DNA from: Candidatus Latescibacterota bacterium
GTDB lineage: Bacteria; Latescibacterota; CBDCVA01
Direction: 5' to 3'
DNA: 64,000 nucleotides
Assembly (NCBI GenBank): GCA_965222935.1
Contig: CBDCVA010000001.1
Span: forward strand, 28,389 to 92,388
In this document: positions 29,898-39,681 of the stretch, in pieces
How the letters are laid out: the number at the start of each line of letters is the position of its first letter
How positions within the stretch are numbered: position 1 is the stretch's first letter
Notes under the pieces: generated by a model
Seen by the model: the letters and a program-made list of their open reading frames with translations, nothing else
Told to the model about the DNA's origin: nothing
Database searches by the model: none
Translations under genes and position numbers: made by a program

Positions 29898-30243
29898 TCG
29901 GTTATCTCCTTGGGGCTCGCCTATCTGTACCAGGGCTTGTTCCGCAGTTCTGAGAGCCACCGGGAAGCCTTGCGAGAGAACCCGGTTCTCTCACAAGAGA
30001 CGCCGATGGACCGTGCGGCCGATGCTCAGGCCGCTGGCGTATGACGCCCCTATCTAGTAACATCGGATTCACGACCGCAACCGGAATGGTCGTATCGCAG
30101 AGACGGGCGCGCGGATCGCTTCCGCTGGTTGTGAGAGGGCTCCCCGGGATTTGATTCCTGCCGCGCCCGGCCCAGCGGATACCGTCGCGTGCCCGCTCAA
30201 TCGCTGTGCCGCCAACCTCTGACCAAGCGAAGGGAGCACGACG

Positions 30244-31365
30244 ATGGCAAAGGTCGCAGCGGTACTGGCTCGCACCGTGCGCGTGCCTCTCGATCACCCA
30301 ACCTCTTTCTCCACCCGTCGCGTCCTGCACCGCGACTACACGCTGGTCACCGTGCGCGGCGACGACGGCATCGAAGGGATCGGCTTCTGCTACGGAGGCA
30401 GCAACGCCGGCAGCATCGCGACCTTGGCGGTCCGGGAGTTGCTCGCGCCCGCCGTCGTGGGGCGGGATACGCATGGAGTCGAGGCGCTCTGGGCGGCGAT
30501 GTATCAGGAGTCGCTGCTTCACGGGCGTGCGGGCTCAGTGATGCGTGCGATCAGCGCGGTCGATGTTGCGCTGTGGGACCGCAACGCTCGGGCGGCAGGG
30601 CTCCCGCTGTGGAAGGTTTTGGGCGCGGCCCGGCCCGAGACCGTTCCGGCGTATGCGAGCGGCGGCTACTACCTCGACGGCAAGACGCCCCAGAGGCTCG
30701 GGGCGGAGCTCGCAGGCTACGTCGAGGCGGGCTTTGGGGCCGTCAAGATCAAGGTTGGGCGCCTCGATCCTTCGGGGGAAGAGGCGCGCATGGCCGCCGC
30801 CAGGGATGCGATCGGCCCGGACATCCAGCTCATGCTCGACGCCAACAACGCATGGGCAGACCTGCCGACGGCGCTCGAATACATGAAGCGCTACGAACCC
30901 TACGACCCGTACTGGATCGAGGAGCCCTTCAGTCCCGACGACATCGACAACCATGCGCGGCTGGCGGAGCGGACGCCCGTTATGGTCGCCACAGGGGAGA
31001 TTGAGGCGGGGCGGTGGCGCTTCAAGGAGTTGCTGGAGAAGGGCGCCGCGGCGATCCTCCAGCCGGATGCCTGCGTGTGCGGCGGCATCAGCGAGTTCCG
31101 TCGCATCGCGGCGACCGCCGCCAGCTACGGCGTGACGCTCTCGCCACACTGGTTTCACGATCTGCACATCCACCTGGTCGCTGCCGCTCCAAACGCCCGG
31201 TACGTCGAGTTTTTCCCTGACGATCAGGTGCATAATTTCCGCAGGCTGATCGACACGCAACTCGAGGTACGGGGCGGCGAGCTGGTGCTGCCGGAAGGGC
31301 GCGGACTCGGCTTCGGCTTCGATGATGCGAAGGTCGAGGCGTACGCGCTCGATCCGCCCTCGTAG
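30244..31365 (+). CDS. Enolase-superfamily enzyme (mandelate racemase/muconate lactonizing family)
   Basis: 373 aa with AVKIKVGR, LMLDANNAW and YWIEEP. Confidence 0.85.
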   Translation: MAKVAAVLARTVRVPLDHPTSFSTRRVLHRDYTLVTVRGDDGIEGIGFCYGGSNAGSIATLAVRELLAPAVVGRDTHGVEALWAAMYQESLLHGRAGSVMRAISAVDVALWDRNARAAGLPLWKVLGAARPETVPAYASGGYYLDGKTPQRLGAELAGYVEAGFGAVKIKVGRLDPSGEEARMAAARDAIGPDIQLMLDANNAWADLPTALEYMKRYEPYDPYWIEEPFSPDDIDNHARLAERTPVMVATGEIEAGRWRFKELLEKGAAAILQPDACVCGGISEFRRIAATAASYGVTLSPHWFHDLHIHLVAAAPNARYVEFFPDDQVHNFRRLIDTQLEVRGGELVLPEGRGLGFGFDDAKVEAYALDPPS

Positions 31366-31497
31366 CGCGGGCGCTGACCCCGTGGCCTCCGTTAGCGCGG
31401 CTCATATCGGGATCATAGCCTCCACGGATTCCCAAGCCGCAACGAGCGAATCGGAAACTACCGGGAGATGCCTTGCGCCATCAGGGACCTCTAGGGA

Positions 31498-32133
31498 TCA
31501 GGCGCGCGTGCGGTCGAGCTTGGAGCGGAACGGCCTTGGCCAGGGCAAAAGCATGGGGACGCGGCGGCGGTAGTCCCGGTAGCGCTCACCGAAGGTCCGG
31601 GCCAGCTTGCGCTCCTCGAGCCGCGCGCCCACGACGATGTAGGCGGTCCAGGCCAGGCACAGGAGCAGTCGGCCAGCCGTCATCGTGGGCGTGCCCCAGC
31701 CGAGTGCAAGAAGGCCCAGGTACAGCGGGTGGCGCACCAGGCCGTAGGGTCCTCGGTCGAGGAAGACGAGGCCGGGAGGGCCGACGCCGCGCCTCGCTGC
31801 ACGCCACTGCGCCATTCCGAAGAACTCGCGCAGGTCGATCACCCGGGCGGTGGCGAGCAGGAGCACTCCGCCGGCCAGACCGACCGCCATCAGCACCAGC
31901 CCGACGGCGCCTTCGATCCGGTAGATCACCGACGGCAGCGGCTGCCACCACGCCGCCAGAGCGACCAGCATCGCACTGGAGACAGCGACGTAAACGCACC
32001 GCTCGACCGATTCGGGGATAAGGCGGCGCATGGCGCGCTTGATGCGTTCGGCTGCCATGATGCTATGCTGAACGCTGAAGGCGGCGAGGAGTGCAGCATC
32101 CACCGTCAGCGCTCGTGGGTCCACGTCAAGCAT
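31498..32133 (-). CDS. Isoprenylcysteine carboxyl methyltransferase (ICMT)/phospholipid methyltransferase family membrane protein
   Basis: 211 aa, multi-TM, with RGPYGLVRHPLYLG and a C-terminal EE..L...FG..Y..Y motif. Confidence 0.7.
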   Translation of the reverse strand: MLDVDPRALTVDAALLAAFSVQHSIMAAERIKRAMRRLIPESVERCVYVAVSSAMLVALAAWWQPLPSVIYRIEGAVGLVLMAVGLAGGVLLLATARVIDLREFFGMAQWRAARRGVGPPGLVFLDRGPYGLVRHPLYLGLLALGWGTPTMTAGRLLLCLAWTAYIVVGARLEERKLARTFGERYRDYRRRVPMLLPWPRPFRSKLDRTRA

Positions 32134-32366
32134 GGCTGCCGGCCGTTCGCGAAGTTCGATGGGTTATGCGGGAGAGCTCCACTAGCTGCCACGAAATGTC
32201 CTATTGGGCGGCTCGTCAAGCGCGTGAGGCCGCTAGACTTGGGAGGGGAGGTCCTCTCGTAACCGGAAGTGTGGGCGGGGGGCTTGACAGCCGGAAAACG
32301 GGTAGTATATTGGTGGGTGAGTCTGTGCGAGAACCGAGCCCTGTGGCAGGTTGTAAGGGAGGGAGC

Positions 32367-33536
32367 ATGATGAAAGGCTTGCGTCGCTATCTGACCCCCG
32401 TCTTGGCGGTGGCGTTCGCGCTCATGATCGCGGGCTGCTCCGAAGATGAGACCACCAAGTCCGGCTTCGGGAACCTGCGCTTCGATGTCCGCCCCCAAGG
32501 CGCGTCGTTCTTCTTCGATGGCAACCCGGTCGCCGCGGAGGATGCCAACGTCGAGATCGTCACCGAGTATGACGCGGCCAACGGGCGGCTGCGTTTCGAC
32601 CGTCCTCAGGACGTGCAGGAGCTGCTGGAGAACCACGATCTGATCTTCATGGACGAGGTGCCCTCGGGCCGACACGAGATCAGAGTCGAGGCGGCCGGGT
32701 TTCTCACGCGCACGCTCCCGATCATCGTCCGCGCCGATGAGATCAAGGGAATCCCGGTCGAGCTTCAGGGCCTCGTCACGGTCACGGTTCGTTCCAGCCC
32801 GGATCAGGCGCGTCTTTTCCTCAACGGCATCTTGCAGACGCTCACCGATCGGAGCGGCCAGCTCGTCGATGCCGTCACACCGGTGACCTTGGGGGACGGA
32901 CTGGTCGTCCCGGAGGAACGCTACACCTTCAAGCTGACGAAGGATGGCTTCTTCACGACCGAGAGAATCGATACCGTTCGCGTGGATAAATCTCGGTTCA
33001 GCTTCGATCTGCTGCCCCTGCCGGTGCTCAAACCGCTGCGCTTCGGAACGAAGGCGAAGGCGGATGAGAAGCCGCCGTCGCTTCCGGACAATCTCAAGAA
33101 TGCGATGGAGGCCGACGGGGTTAAGGTTGGCAAGCGCAACGCCAAGCGCGCGGATGGCTCGAAGATCGTCTTCGGGGTCAAGTCACTGGACAACGAGAAC
33201 GACCTTTTCAGCGCGTTCCAGTTCCTGCGCGACGAGCGGCTGGGTGGCGAGTTCGACCACATCGCTGTCGTCGCCGAGTTCGAGAGCCCGGTGCAGCGGT
33301 TCTTCCAACCCGCCATTCGGCTGGTGTGGAACAATCGCCTGCTCCCCAACAAGACTTTCTTCCCCCAGGTGGGGAAGTGGGATTTCGTTATCGTTTACGA
33401 CAACAACGACTTCCGTAACGCCATCCAGGTCATGCACTCCAATGACCTGGGGACCAACCTTCAGGCGGGCCAGTACCGGGTAGAGCTGGTCTGGGATCGG
33501 CGCATTCTCCAAAAGAGCGAGTTCGAGATACGCTGA
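32367..33536 (+). CDS. Lipoprotein with PEGA-like domains
   Basis: ATG at 32367 behind AAGGGAGGGAG. Lipobox LMIAGC. PEGA-like segments (HEIRVEAAGFLTRTLPIIV). The longer track ORF start is rejected. Confidence 0.65.
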   Translation: MMKGLRRYLTPVLAVAFALMIAGCSEDETTKSGFGNLRFDVRPQGASFFFDGNPVAAEDANVEIVTEYDAANGRLRFDRPQDVQELLENHDLIFMDEVPSGRHEIRVEAAGFLTRTLPIIVRADEIKGIPVELQGLVTVTVRSSPDQARLFLNGILQTLTDRSGQLVDAVTPVTLGDGLVVPEERYTFKLTKDGFFTTERIDTVRVDKSRFSFDLLPLPVLKPLRFGTKAKADEKPPSLPDNLKNAMEADGVKVGKRNAKRADGSKIVFGVKSLDNENDLFSAFQFLRDERLGGEFDHIAVVAEFESPVQRFFQPAIRLVWNNRLLPNKTFFPQVGKWDFVIVYDNNDFRNAIQVMHSNDLGTNLQAGQYRVELVWDRRILQKSEFEIR

Positions 33537-33715
33537 TTCGGGCACGTACCGGCATGCCTTACGAGCGCGGCACCGGTTGTCCGGATGCCGCGTTTCGTTT
33601 GAGGGGCTACAGGGCTGAGGTGACCGGTGGTCGTGATAGGTTGGAACGACGCATTGCGTCACGGCGTCAACTGAAAACGAGGGCGCCGGCCGCTTCGATG
33701 GCGGCCGGGAAGTGA

Positions 33716-34261
33716 GTGATGCTAGGGGTTCTTCAGCACCGTCGCAGCATGCATCGGTTCTTCTGGCTCCTGTCGCTTTCGGCCCTTCTGACTTGGGCTG
33801 GCGAGGCGCAGGCGCAGTGGACGAAGCGCCTTCGCTTCTCCGGGCGGAGCCAACAGGACACCCTGCGAGTCATGCTGGGTGGCGAGATCCCGCTTCCCAC
33901 CGTCGGCACCACGGTCGCTGAGCGCGGGGCGGCGATGCGCCTCGATTTCAAGGACACCCTCAGGATGTTCCGGGACGGGGTGGACGTGGCGTCGGGGCGT
34001 GTGCTTCTGCGGGGTCCCGACACGCCGGTGACGGAGCTCATCGTTTACTTCGCGTACGAGGGACCGGAGGGCATGCGAGTGCCGGTCGCCTTCGACACGA
34101 CCGACACCGAAGGGCGCTACCATCTCGTCGCCCCCAATCCCACCAGCATCCGCTACGAGATCATGACCAAGCCGGTCGAGCGGATCACGCTCAAGACCAC
34201 CTCGGCCGTCGACGCCGATACACCACCCCAATCTCAGGTAGTCCGGCGCCGGAAGCCGTGA
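33716..34261 (+). CDS. Secreted hypothetical protein
   Basis: 181 aa with signal peptide FFWLLSLSALLTWAGEAQA. The stop overlaps the next gene start (GTGA). Confidence 0.55.
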   Translation: MMLGVLQHRRSMHRFFWLLSLSALLTWAGEAQAQWTKRLRFSGRSQQDTLRVMLGGEIPLPTVGTTVAERGAAMRLDFKDTLRMFRDGVDVASGRVLLRGPDTPVTELIVYFAYEGPEGMRVPVAFDTTDTEGRYHLVAPNPTSIRYEIMTKPVERITLKTTSAVDADTPPQSQVVRRRKP

Positions 34262-35631
34262 CGGGCGCGCCGATGGACGCGCAGACCGCCACAGCCCGGA
34301 CTGGCCCGGCTGCTACGCTCAAGGGGCGCCTTCTGGCGCGCGAGGCGCGCGTCGCTGTCTACGGTGCGGGCTATGTCGGTCTGCCGCACGCGGTGGAGTT
34401 GGCTAGGGCGGGCTTTGGGGTCACGGCGATCGAACGCCTCCCCCAGCGGGTGGAAGCCGTCCTCGGAGGCCGCTCCTACATTGATGATGTATCCGATGAG
34501 GCGCTGAGCCGAGAGGTCACCGCAGGCCGGCTCTCCGCGACGACTGATCCCGCTGCCCTGGCCGAAGCCGATAGCGTCACGATCTGCGTCCCTACGCCGC
34601 TGGACGAGCACCATCAGCCCGACATCTCCTACCTTGTGACCACAGCCGAGCACGTCTCTAGGCACCTCCACCGGGGCATGCTCGTGATCCTGGAGAGCAC
34701 CACCTACCCCGGCACGACCGAGGAGGTTCTGCTGCCCATTCTCCGGCACAGCGGCCTCGAAGTCGGACGCGATTTCTTTCTGGCCTTCTCTCCCGAACGG
34801 CTCGACCCCGGCAACCGCGACTACGGCATCGCCGACATCCCCCGCGTCGTGGGGGGCGTGACGCCGGCGTGTGCCGATCTCGCCGCCGTGCTCTACGGGA
34901 CATTCGTGCGCTCGGTGCACAGGGTCAGTTCTCCCAGGGTCGCCGAGCTTTGCAAGCTTCTGGAGAACATCTTTCGCATCGTCAACGTCTCGATGGTCAA
35001 CGAGATGGCGCTCTTGGCCAAGCGCATGGGCATCGACATCTGGGAGGTCATCGAGGCCGCGCGGACCAAGCCCTATGGCTTCATGCCTTTTTATCCGGGA
35101 CCCGGCGTGGGCGGCCACTGCATCCCCATAGACCCCTTCTACCTCTCGTGGAAAGCCAGGGAATACGGCATAGGTACGCGCTTCATCGAGCTTGCCGGCG
35201 AAATCAACGCTCAGATGCCTCACCACGTCGTGGACCTGGTCGCCGATGTCCTCAATCAGAGGGGCGCGCCGCTCAAGGGATCGAAGGTCCTGGTGCTCGG
35301 TGTTGCGTTCAAGCGTGACGTGGGCGACTGGCGCGAATCGCCCGCGCTCACCGTCATGAAGCTTTTGCGCGAACGGCAGGCGCTGGTTTCCTACCACGAC
35401 CCCTTCATCCCGGAGGTGCCCCTGGGGCCCACCGCGCACGCCGGGGGGGCGCGGCCGACCGAGGCCTCCGTCCCCCTGACTGACGAGGTGCTTCAGGGTG
35501 CGGATGTGGTGATCGTCGCGACGGATCACACCCGCGTGGATTACGCGCGCGTGGCTCGGCTCGCTCGGGCGATCGTGGACACCCGCAACGCCATCAAGGA
35601 CCGGTCGCTCCCGCACGTCACGCGTTTATAG
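34258..35631 (+). CDS. Nucleotide-sugar dehydrogenase (UDP-N-acetyl-hexosamine dehydrogenase-like, WecC/TviB family)
   Basis: Rossmann motif VYGAGYVGLP and catalytic segment GPGVGGHCIPIDP. Confidence 0.8.
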   Translation: MTGAPMDAQTATARTGPAATLKGRLLAREARVAVYGAGYVGLPHAVELARAGFGVTAIERLPQRVEAVLGGRSYIDDVSDEALSREVTAGRLSATTDPAALAEADSVTICVPTPLDEHHQPDISYLVTTAEHVSRHLHRGMLVILESTTYPGTTEEVLLPILRHSGLEVGRDFFLAFSPERLDPGNRDYGIADIPRVVGGVTPACADLAAVLYGTFVRSVHRVSSPRVAELCKLLENIFRIVNVSMVNEMALLAKRMGIDIWEVIEAARTKPYGFMPFYPGPGVGGHCIPIDPFYLSWKAREYGIGTRFIELAGEINAQMPHHVVDLVADVLNQRGAPLKGSKVLVLGVAFKRDVGDWRESPALTVMKLLRERQALVSYHDPFIPEVPLGPTAHAGGARPTEASVPLTDEVLQGADVVIVATDHTRVDYARVARLARAIVDTRNAIKDRSLPHVTRL

Positions 35632-35647
35632 ACCGAAGAGAACCCCG

Positions 35648-36712
35648 ATGCCTCTGACCGAGAAAGACAAGCTCCGGCTGACGGCGCTGAGCCACGGCGG
35701 CGGCTGAGCGTGCAAGCTGGGTCCGGGTGACCTGGAGCGCGCCATACGCCATCTCGCCTCGGTGAGCGATCCTCGCGTCCTGGTGGGGACCGAAACCGTG
35801 GACGATGCCGCGGTTTACGAACTGGGTGACGGTCAGGCGGTCGTCCAGACGATGGATTTCTTCGCGCCGGTGGTGGACGATCCGTACACTTTCGGTCGGA
35901 TCGCGGCGGCCAACTCGATGAGCGACATCTACGCGATGGGCGCAAAGCCCCTGTTTGCGCTCAACATCGTCGCCTTCCCGTCGCGGACGGTGCCGATGGA
36001 GGTCCTGGGCGAGATCCTGCGCGGCGGGGCGGAGATGGCGGCCGAGGCCGGTGTGCCCATCCTGGGCGGCCACTCCATCGACGATCCCGAACCCAAGTAC
36101 GGGCTTTGCGTGACGGGCATCGTCCACCCCGATCAGGTCGTCACCAACGCGAGCGCGAAACCCGGCGATCGGCTGGTCCTGACCAAACCACTGGGCAGCG
36201 GAATCATGTCCCATGCACTCAAGACCGATCTGGCGACCGAGGCCGATATCGCGCGGGCGGTGGCCGTGATGACCACCCTCAACCGCGCGGGCAGCGAGGC
36301 GATGGTCGCGGTCGGCGTTCACGCCGCCACGGACGTGACCGGCTACGGGCTCTTGGGTCACCTCCGTTGGATCGTCCGTGCGGCGAACGTGCGTGCGGTC
36401 GTGCGCTACAGCCAGGTGCCGGTGATGGAGGAGGCCCTTGATCTGGCTGCGAAGGGCGCGCGCACCGGCGGCTACGCGCGGAACAAGGACTACGTGGATT
36501 CCATCGTCTCATGGGCGGACGGCCTGCCCGAACTGGCCGACCAGATCCTCTACGATCCGCAGACCTCCGGCGGTCTGCTCATCGTGGTGCCGCCCGAGCG
36601 TGCTAAGGTGCTGGAAGAGGCGCTGCGCGAGCGCGGCGTCGAGGGGGCGAAAGAGATCGGGGGGATCGCTCCGGAGTCCGTCGAGGGCGGCGCGATTCGG
36701 GTGATACCCTAG
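35648..36712 (+). CDS. selD: Selenide, water dikinase (selenophosphate synthetase) with UGA-encoded selenocysteine at codon 20
   Basis: ATG at 35648 gives MPLTEKDKLRLTALSHGGG-TGA-ACKLGPGDL, in frame with the 316-aa SelD ORF. It matches the SelD N-terminal motif RLT..SHG.G(U/C).CK. Confidence 0.88.
35717..35735 (+). promoter_or_regulatory. Candidate bacterial SECIS hairpin
   Basis: ctgggtc-cgggt-gacctgg: a 7-bp stem including two G-U pairs, with a G-rich 5-nt loop, starting 10 nt after the UGA at 35705-35707. Confidence 0.45.
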
Positions 36713-36798
36713 CTATCCGCGTCCGACGACCTCTCTCCCGAACGTATCGGAGGGCCACTCGGTTTCCTGCAACCGTAATCTCATGAGGGGAGAACCAT

Positions 36799-37746
36799 AT
36801 GATCGCCGATGAGATCAGGCGCGTGGCCGTTGTGGGCGCTGGCTTGATGGGGCATGGGATCGCGCAGGAATTTGCTCTTGCGGGTTATGAGGTCCACCTC
36901 AACGATCTCACCGAGGAGAAGCTGGAGGGCGCCCTGGCCAACATCCGGGCGAACCTCGATAAGCATACGGAGCTTGGATGGGTGGACCGCGAGAGGGCAA
37001 AGGGTGTTCCGGAGAGGATCTATGCGAGCACGGTGCTCGAAGAGGTGGTTAGGGACGTAGACCTGGTCATCGAGGCGGTGTACGAGGATCTGCCGCTGAA
37101 GCAGGAGATCTTCGAGGCGCTTGACCGAAGTTGTCCAGAGCACACGATCCTGGCGAGCAACACGTCTTCGCTCATGCCGAGCAAGATCGCTGAACGGGTC
37201 CGGCGGGTCGATAAGGTGCTGGTGGCGCATTACGTCAATCCACCCTATTTGATCCCGCTCGTTGAAATCGTCCCAAGCCAGGAGACCTCCGATGAGACGG
37301 TCAGCACTGTGATTGACGTGTTGACGCGATTGGGGAAGCGCACCGTCATGGTGCAGAAAGAAGTGCCCGGCTTCATCATCAACCGCCTTCAGTTGGCGCT
37401 TTTGCGGGAGGCTCTTTCGATCGTGGAAGGGGGCATTGCCAGCGCTCAGGACGTGGACGCCGCAATCAAGACGAGCATCGGCCGGCGGTGGGCTGTGGCG
37501 GGCATCTTCGAGGTCTTCGAGCTAGCGCGGTGGGACCTGCTCCTGGCCATCGCTAAGGAGCTGTATCCGCATCTGGAAGCTTCGCCGGAGGTGCCGCCCA
37601 TTCTGCGGGAGAAGGTCGAACGGGGCGAGCTTGGGGTGCAGACCGGGAAGGGCTTCTATGATTGGACGCCGGAGGGGGCCGCAGCGCTGCGGGAGAGAAT
37701 AGCGCATGCCCTTGTCGAGATAGGGCGTTGGTCTCAGACATCGTGA
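36799..37746 (+). CDS. 3-hydroxyacyl-CoA dehydrogenase family protein
   Basis: 315 aa with N-terminal VAVVGAGLMGHGIAQEFA and the family-typical middle and C-terminal domains. Confidence 0.85.
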   Translation: MIADEIRRVAVVGAGLMGHGIAQEFALAGYEVHLNDLTEEKLEGALANIRANLDKHTELGWVDRERAKGVPERIYASTVLEEVVRDVDLVIEAVYEDLPLKQEIFEALDRSCPEHTILASNTSSLMPSKIAERVRRVDKVLVAHYVNPPYLIPLVEIVPSQETSDETVSTVIDVLTRLGKRTVMVQKEVPGFIINRLQLALLREALSIVEGGIASAQDVDAAIKTSIGRRWAVAGIFEVFELARWDLLLAIAKELYPHLEASPEVPPILREKVERGELGVQTGKGFYDWTPEGAAALRERIAHALVEIGRWSQTS

Positions 37747-38000
37747 GGCTGTAAGCGACGTGCCAGGCCGCGATTCAGGCTGTGTCTGGCCATCGAAAAG
37801 CTCGCAGGGCAAAATGCGTGGCGCGTCGGTCTAACCCCACCCCATGCTGATGGAGGCAAGAGGGCTCTATACGCGGGGGTTGCCGATTTCGCTCGTTCCG
37901 TCTAGATTGCTCTTGACGAGACCGGGCATCCGGGAAGGGTTGAGCGTGTGCATAGTGCTTGGCGGGTCGTAAGCTCACCAAGCTAGGGGGAGGAGCAAAG

Positions 38001-38456
38001 ATGAGGCACGGACGCTGGATTCAGTTTGCGTCGTTCGCGGTCTGCTCGGCGCTTGTGGCTTGGGGCGGGCCCGTCCGAGGCCAGGAAGCCGAGCAGATGG
38101 AAAAAGAAGAAGCCGAAATGGCCGAAATGATGGAGGAGGAGAAGCCGCAAGAGGTCACCGTCATGGGCCAGCTCGTGGATGTGGCCTGCTTTGCCATGAG
38201 CGGTGGTCAACCCGGGGAACGTCACAAGATGTGCGCCATGAAGTGCGCGAAGAACGGCTTGCCCGTGGGGGTGTGGGACGCGGAGCCGGGGACCGTTACC
38301 ATCATCCTGGCACCCGCTCCGGCGTTCGAGGCGTACATGCAAGGAGAAGCGCGGGTCACCGGGATGATGATGGAAAAGGCCAACGCCCTCCTGCCGTCCA
38401 AGATAGAAGTCCAGACCGACGGCGAGTGGAAAGAGGTCGAATTCAAGGCCATGTAA
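38001..38456 (+). CDS. Periplasmic Met/Cys-rich hypothetical protein
   Basis: ATG at 38001 behind GGGGGAGGAG. It has a signal peptide, an acidic Met-rich linker and the Cys motif HKMCAMKCAKNG. Confidence 0.6.
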   Translation: MRHGRWIQFASFAVCSALVAWGGPVRGQEAEQMEKEEAEMAEMMEEEKPQEVTVMGQLVDVACFAMSGGQPGERHKMCAMKCAKNGLPVGVWDAEPGTVTIILAPAPAFEAYMQGEARVTGMMMEKANALLPSKIEVQTDGEWKEVEFKAM

Positions 38457-38489
38457 TAGCCGAAAGAGGGTAGAAGGGGAGGGGGCCAA

Positions 38490-38514
38490 AAGGGGCGTCC
38501 GCCCCTTCTTTATT
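38490..38514 (+). terminator. Rho-independent terminator
   Basis: aaggggc-gtcc-gcccctt hairpin followed by CTTTATT. Confidence 0.65.
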
Positions 38515-38709
38515 CATGACAGATTCTTCTTCACTCTCCAGACGTGTTTCCACCCGGTCTCATCCAGTACTCGGCTCGGTCTCCCGTTGTCGTCGCGTGC
38601 GGCGGATCGTTACCTCGTACGTTTGCGGTCGTAAGGTGAAGCTCCAGCCGGTACGACAGATGAGGGCGCACGGCTCGGCGGCCCTCGAAAAAGGGAGGAA
38701 GGCGGCAGC

Positions 38710-39120
38710 ATGAGGTTCCTCGATTGTATCGCTCCCGGAGCGCATTGACTTCTGCGCCTCGCGCTGGCCAGCGTGTTCCTGTATCACGGCGTGGGAAAGT
38801 TCCCGATGTTGAACCAGATGGCGCAGATGATGGGGGCGCCCGTTGCCATGATAGCCTTGCTCGCGACCGTAGAGACGGTCGGGGCGCTGCTCGTCCTCTT
38901 GGGAGGGTTCTCCAAAGACTGGATGACGCGCATTGGCGCGCTGTTGCTCGTGCCCGTCATGCTCGGCGCGATCACCAAGGTGCACTGGGGCCAGTGGAGC
39001 TTCCTGCCTTCGGAGACGCATCCGATGGGTGGGGTGGAATTCCAGGTGACGCTGCTCTTGATCCAGCTTTACCTGCTGATCAAGGGCAACAACGTGAAAG
39101 CCGGCGCGGTGGCTTCGTGA
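38710..39120 (+). CDS. DoxX family membrane protein with an in-frame TGA at codon 13
   Basis: A strong RBS GGGAGGAAGG lies 9 nt before the ATG at 38710. The frame reads MRFLDCIAPGAH-TGA-LLRLALASVFLYHGVGKF, and the residues after the TGA are the conserved DoxX TM1. Confidence 0.6.
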
Positions 39121-39187
39121 ACTGGACTGGCGAGGTCTGACGACCGCTCGAAGGATGGGACGGGGGCTCGCCATCGTCCCCCGGTCG

Positions 39188-39463
39188 TCACTTATGGCAC
39201 TTCAGACAGTTGCGTCGGTCGGTGAACAGATCGCGCATGGGGATGCGGGGTGCGACCTCGCTGGACGGCTTGTGGCACTTCCTGCATTCATTGGTGATGC
39301 GCTTCACCGATTCGCCCGATTGACGGAGCGACGCGATCAGTTCCGCGTGAACGTCGGTGTCCCCAATCATCGGCCCTCGCGTCGCCGCACAAGCGACCAG
39401 TGCGATCACCCCCACGGCGCCGAGCGCCAGAGCCCACCGGCCCCGGCGATGGTGCGGGCTCAC
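39188..39463 (-). CDS. Small dihaem c-type cytochrome, probable lipoprotein
   Basis: 91 aa with lipobox-like ALVAC and two CxxCH motifs (CRKCH, CLKCH). Confidence 0.65.
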   Translation of the reverse strand: MSPHHRRGRWALALGAVGVIALVACAATRGPMIGDTDVHAELIASLRQSGESVKRITNECRKCHKPSSEVAPRIPMRDLFTDRRNCLKCHK

Positions 39464-39681
39464 GAGAGAGACTCCGCGGCGGGCATGGTCACCTCCCCAG
39501 GTGTAGACACCTGTATGATAGAGGGCTCCCGGAGGAAGGTCAAGGAAAGGACTTCGGGGTCAGGGCGGCAAGGCGTTGGAATCGTCGCGGAACGCGTTGA
39601 AGAGTTGGGGCGTCCCGACCTGAGTTAAATACGGCTTGCGGCGCGTTGCCCGCACGCGTCCGCCCGGAAAGGACCTCCGTC

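Noticed and set aside
32091-32366. 5' extension of the lipoprotein ORF. The same issue applies to the extensions of 13216-14235, 11011-12066, 28329-29960, 53426-53950, 60977-61633, 39646-39681 and 37959-38000.
   Set aside because: In each case an internal ATG or GTG with a good Shine-Dalgarno sequence precedes the recognisable N-terminus (a lipobox, a signal peptide or a family motif). The extension overlaps a neighbouring gene or its regulatory region.
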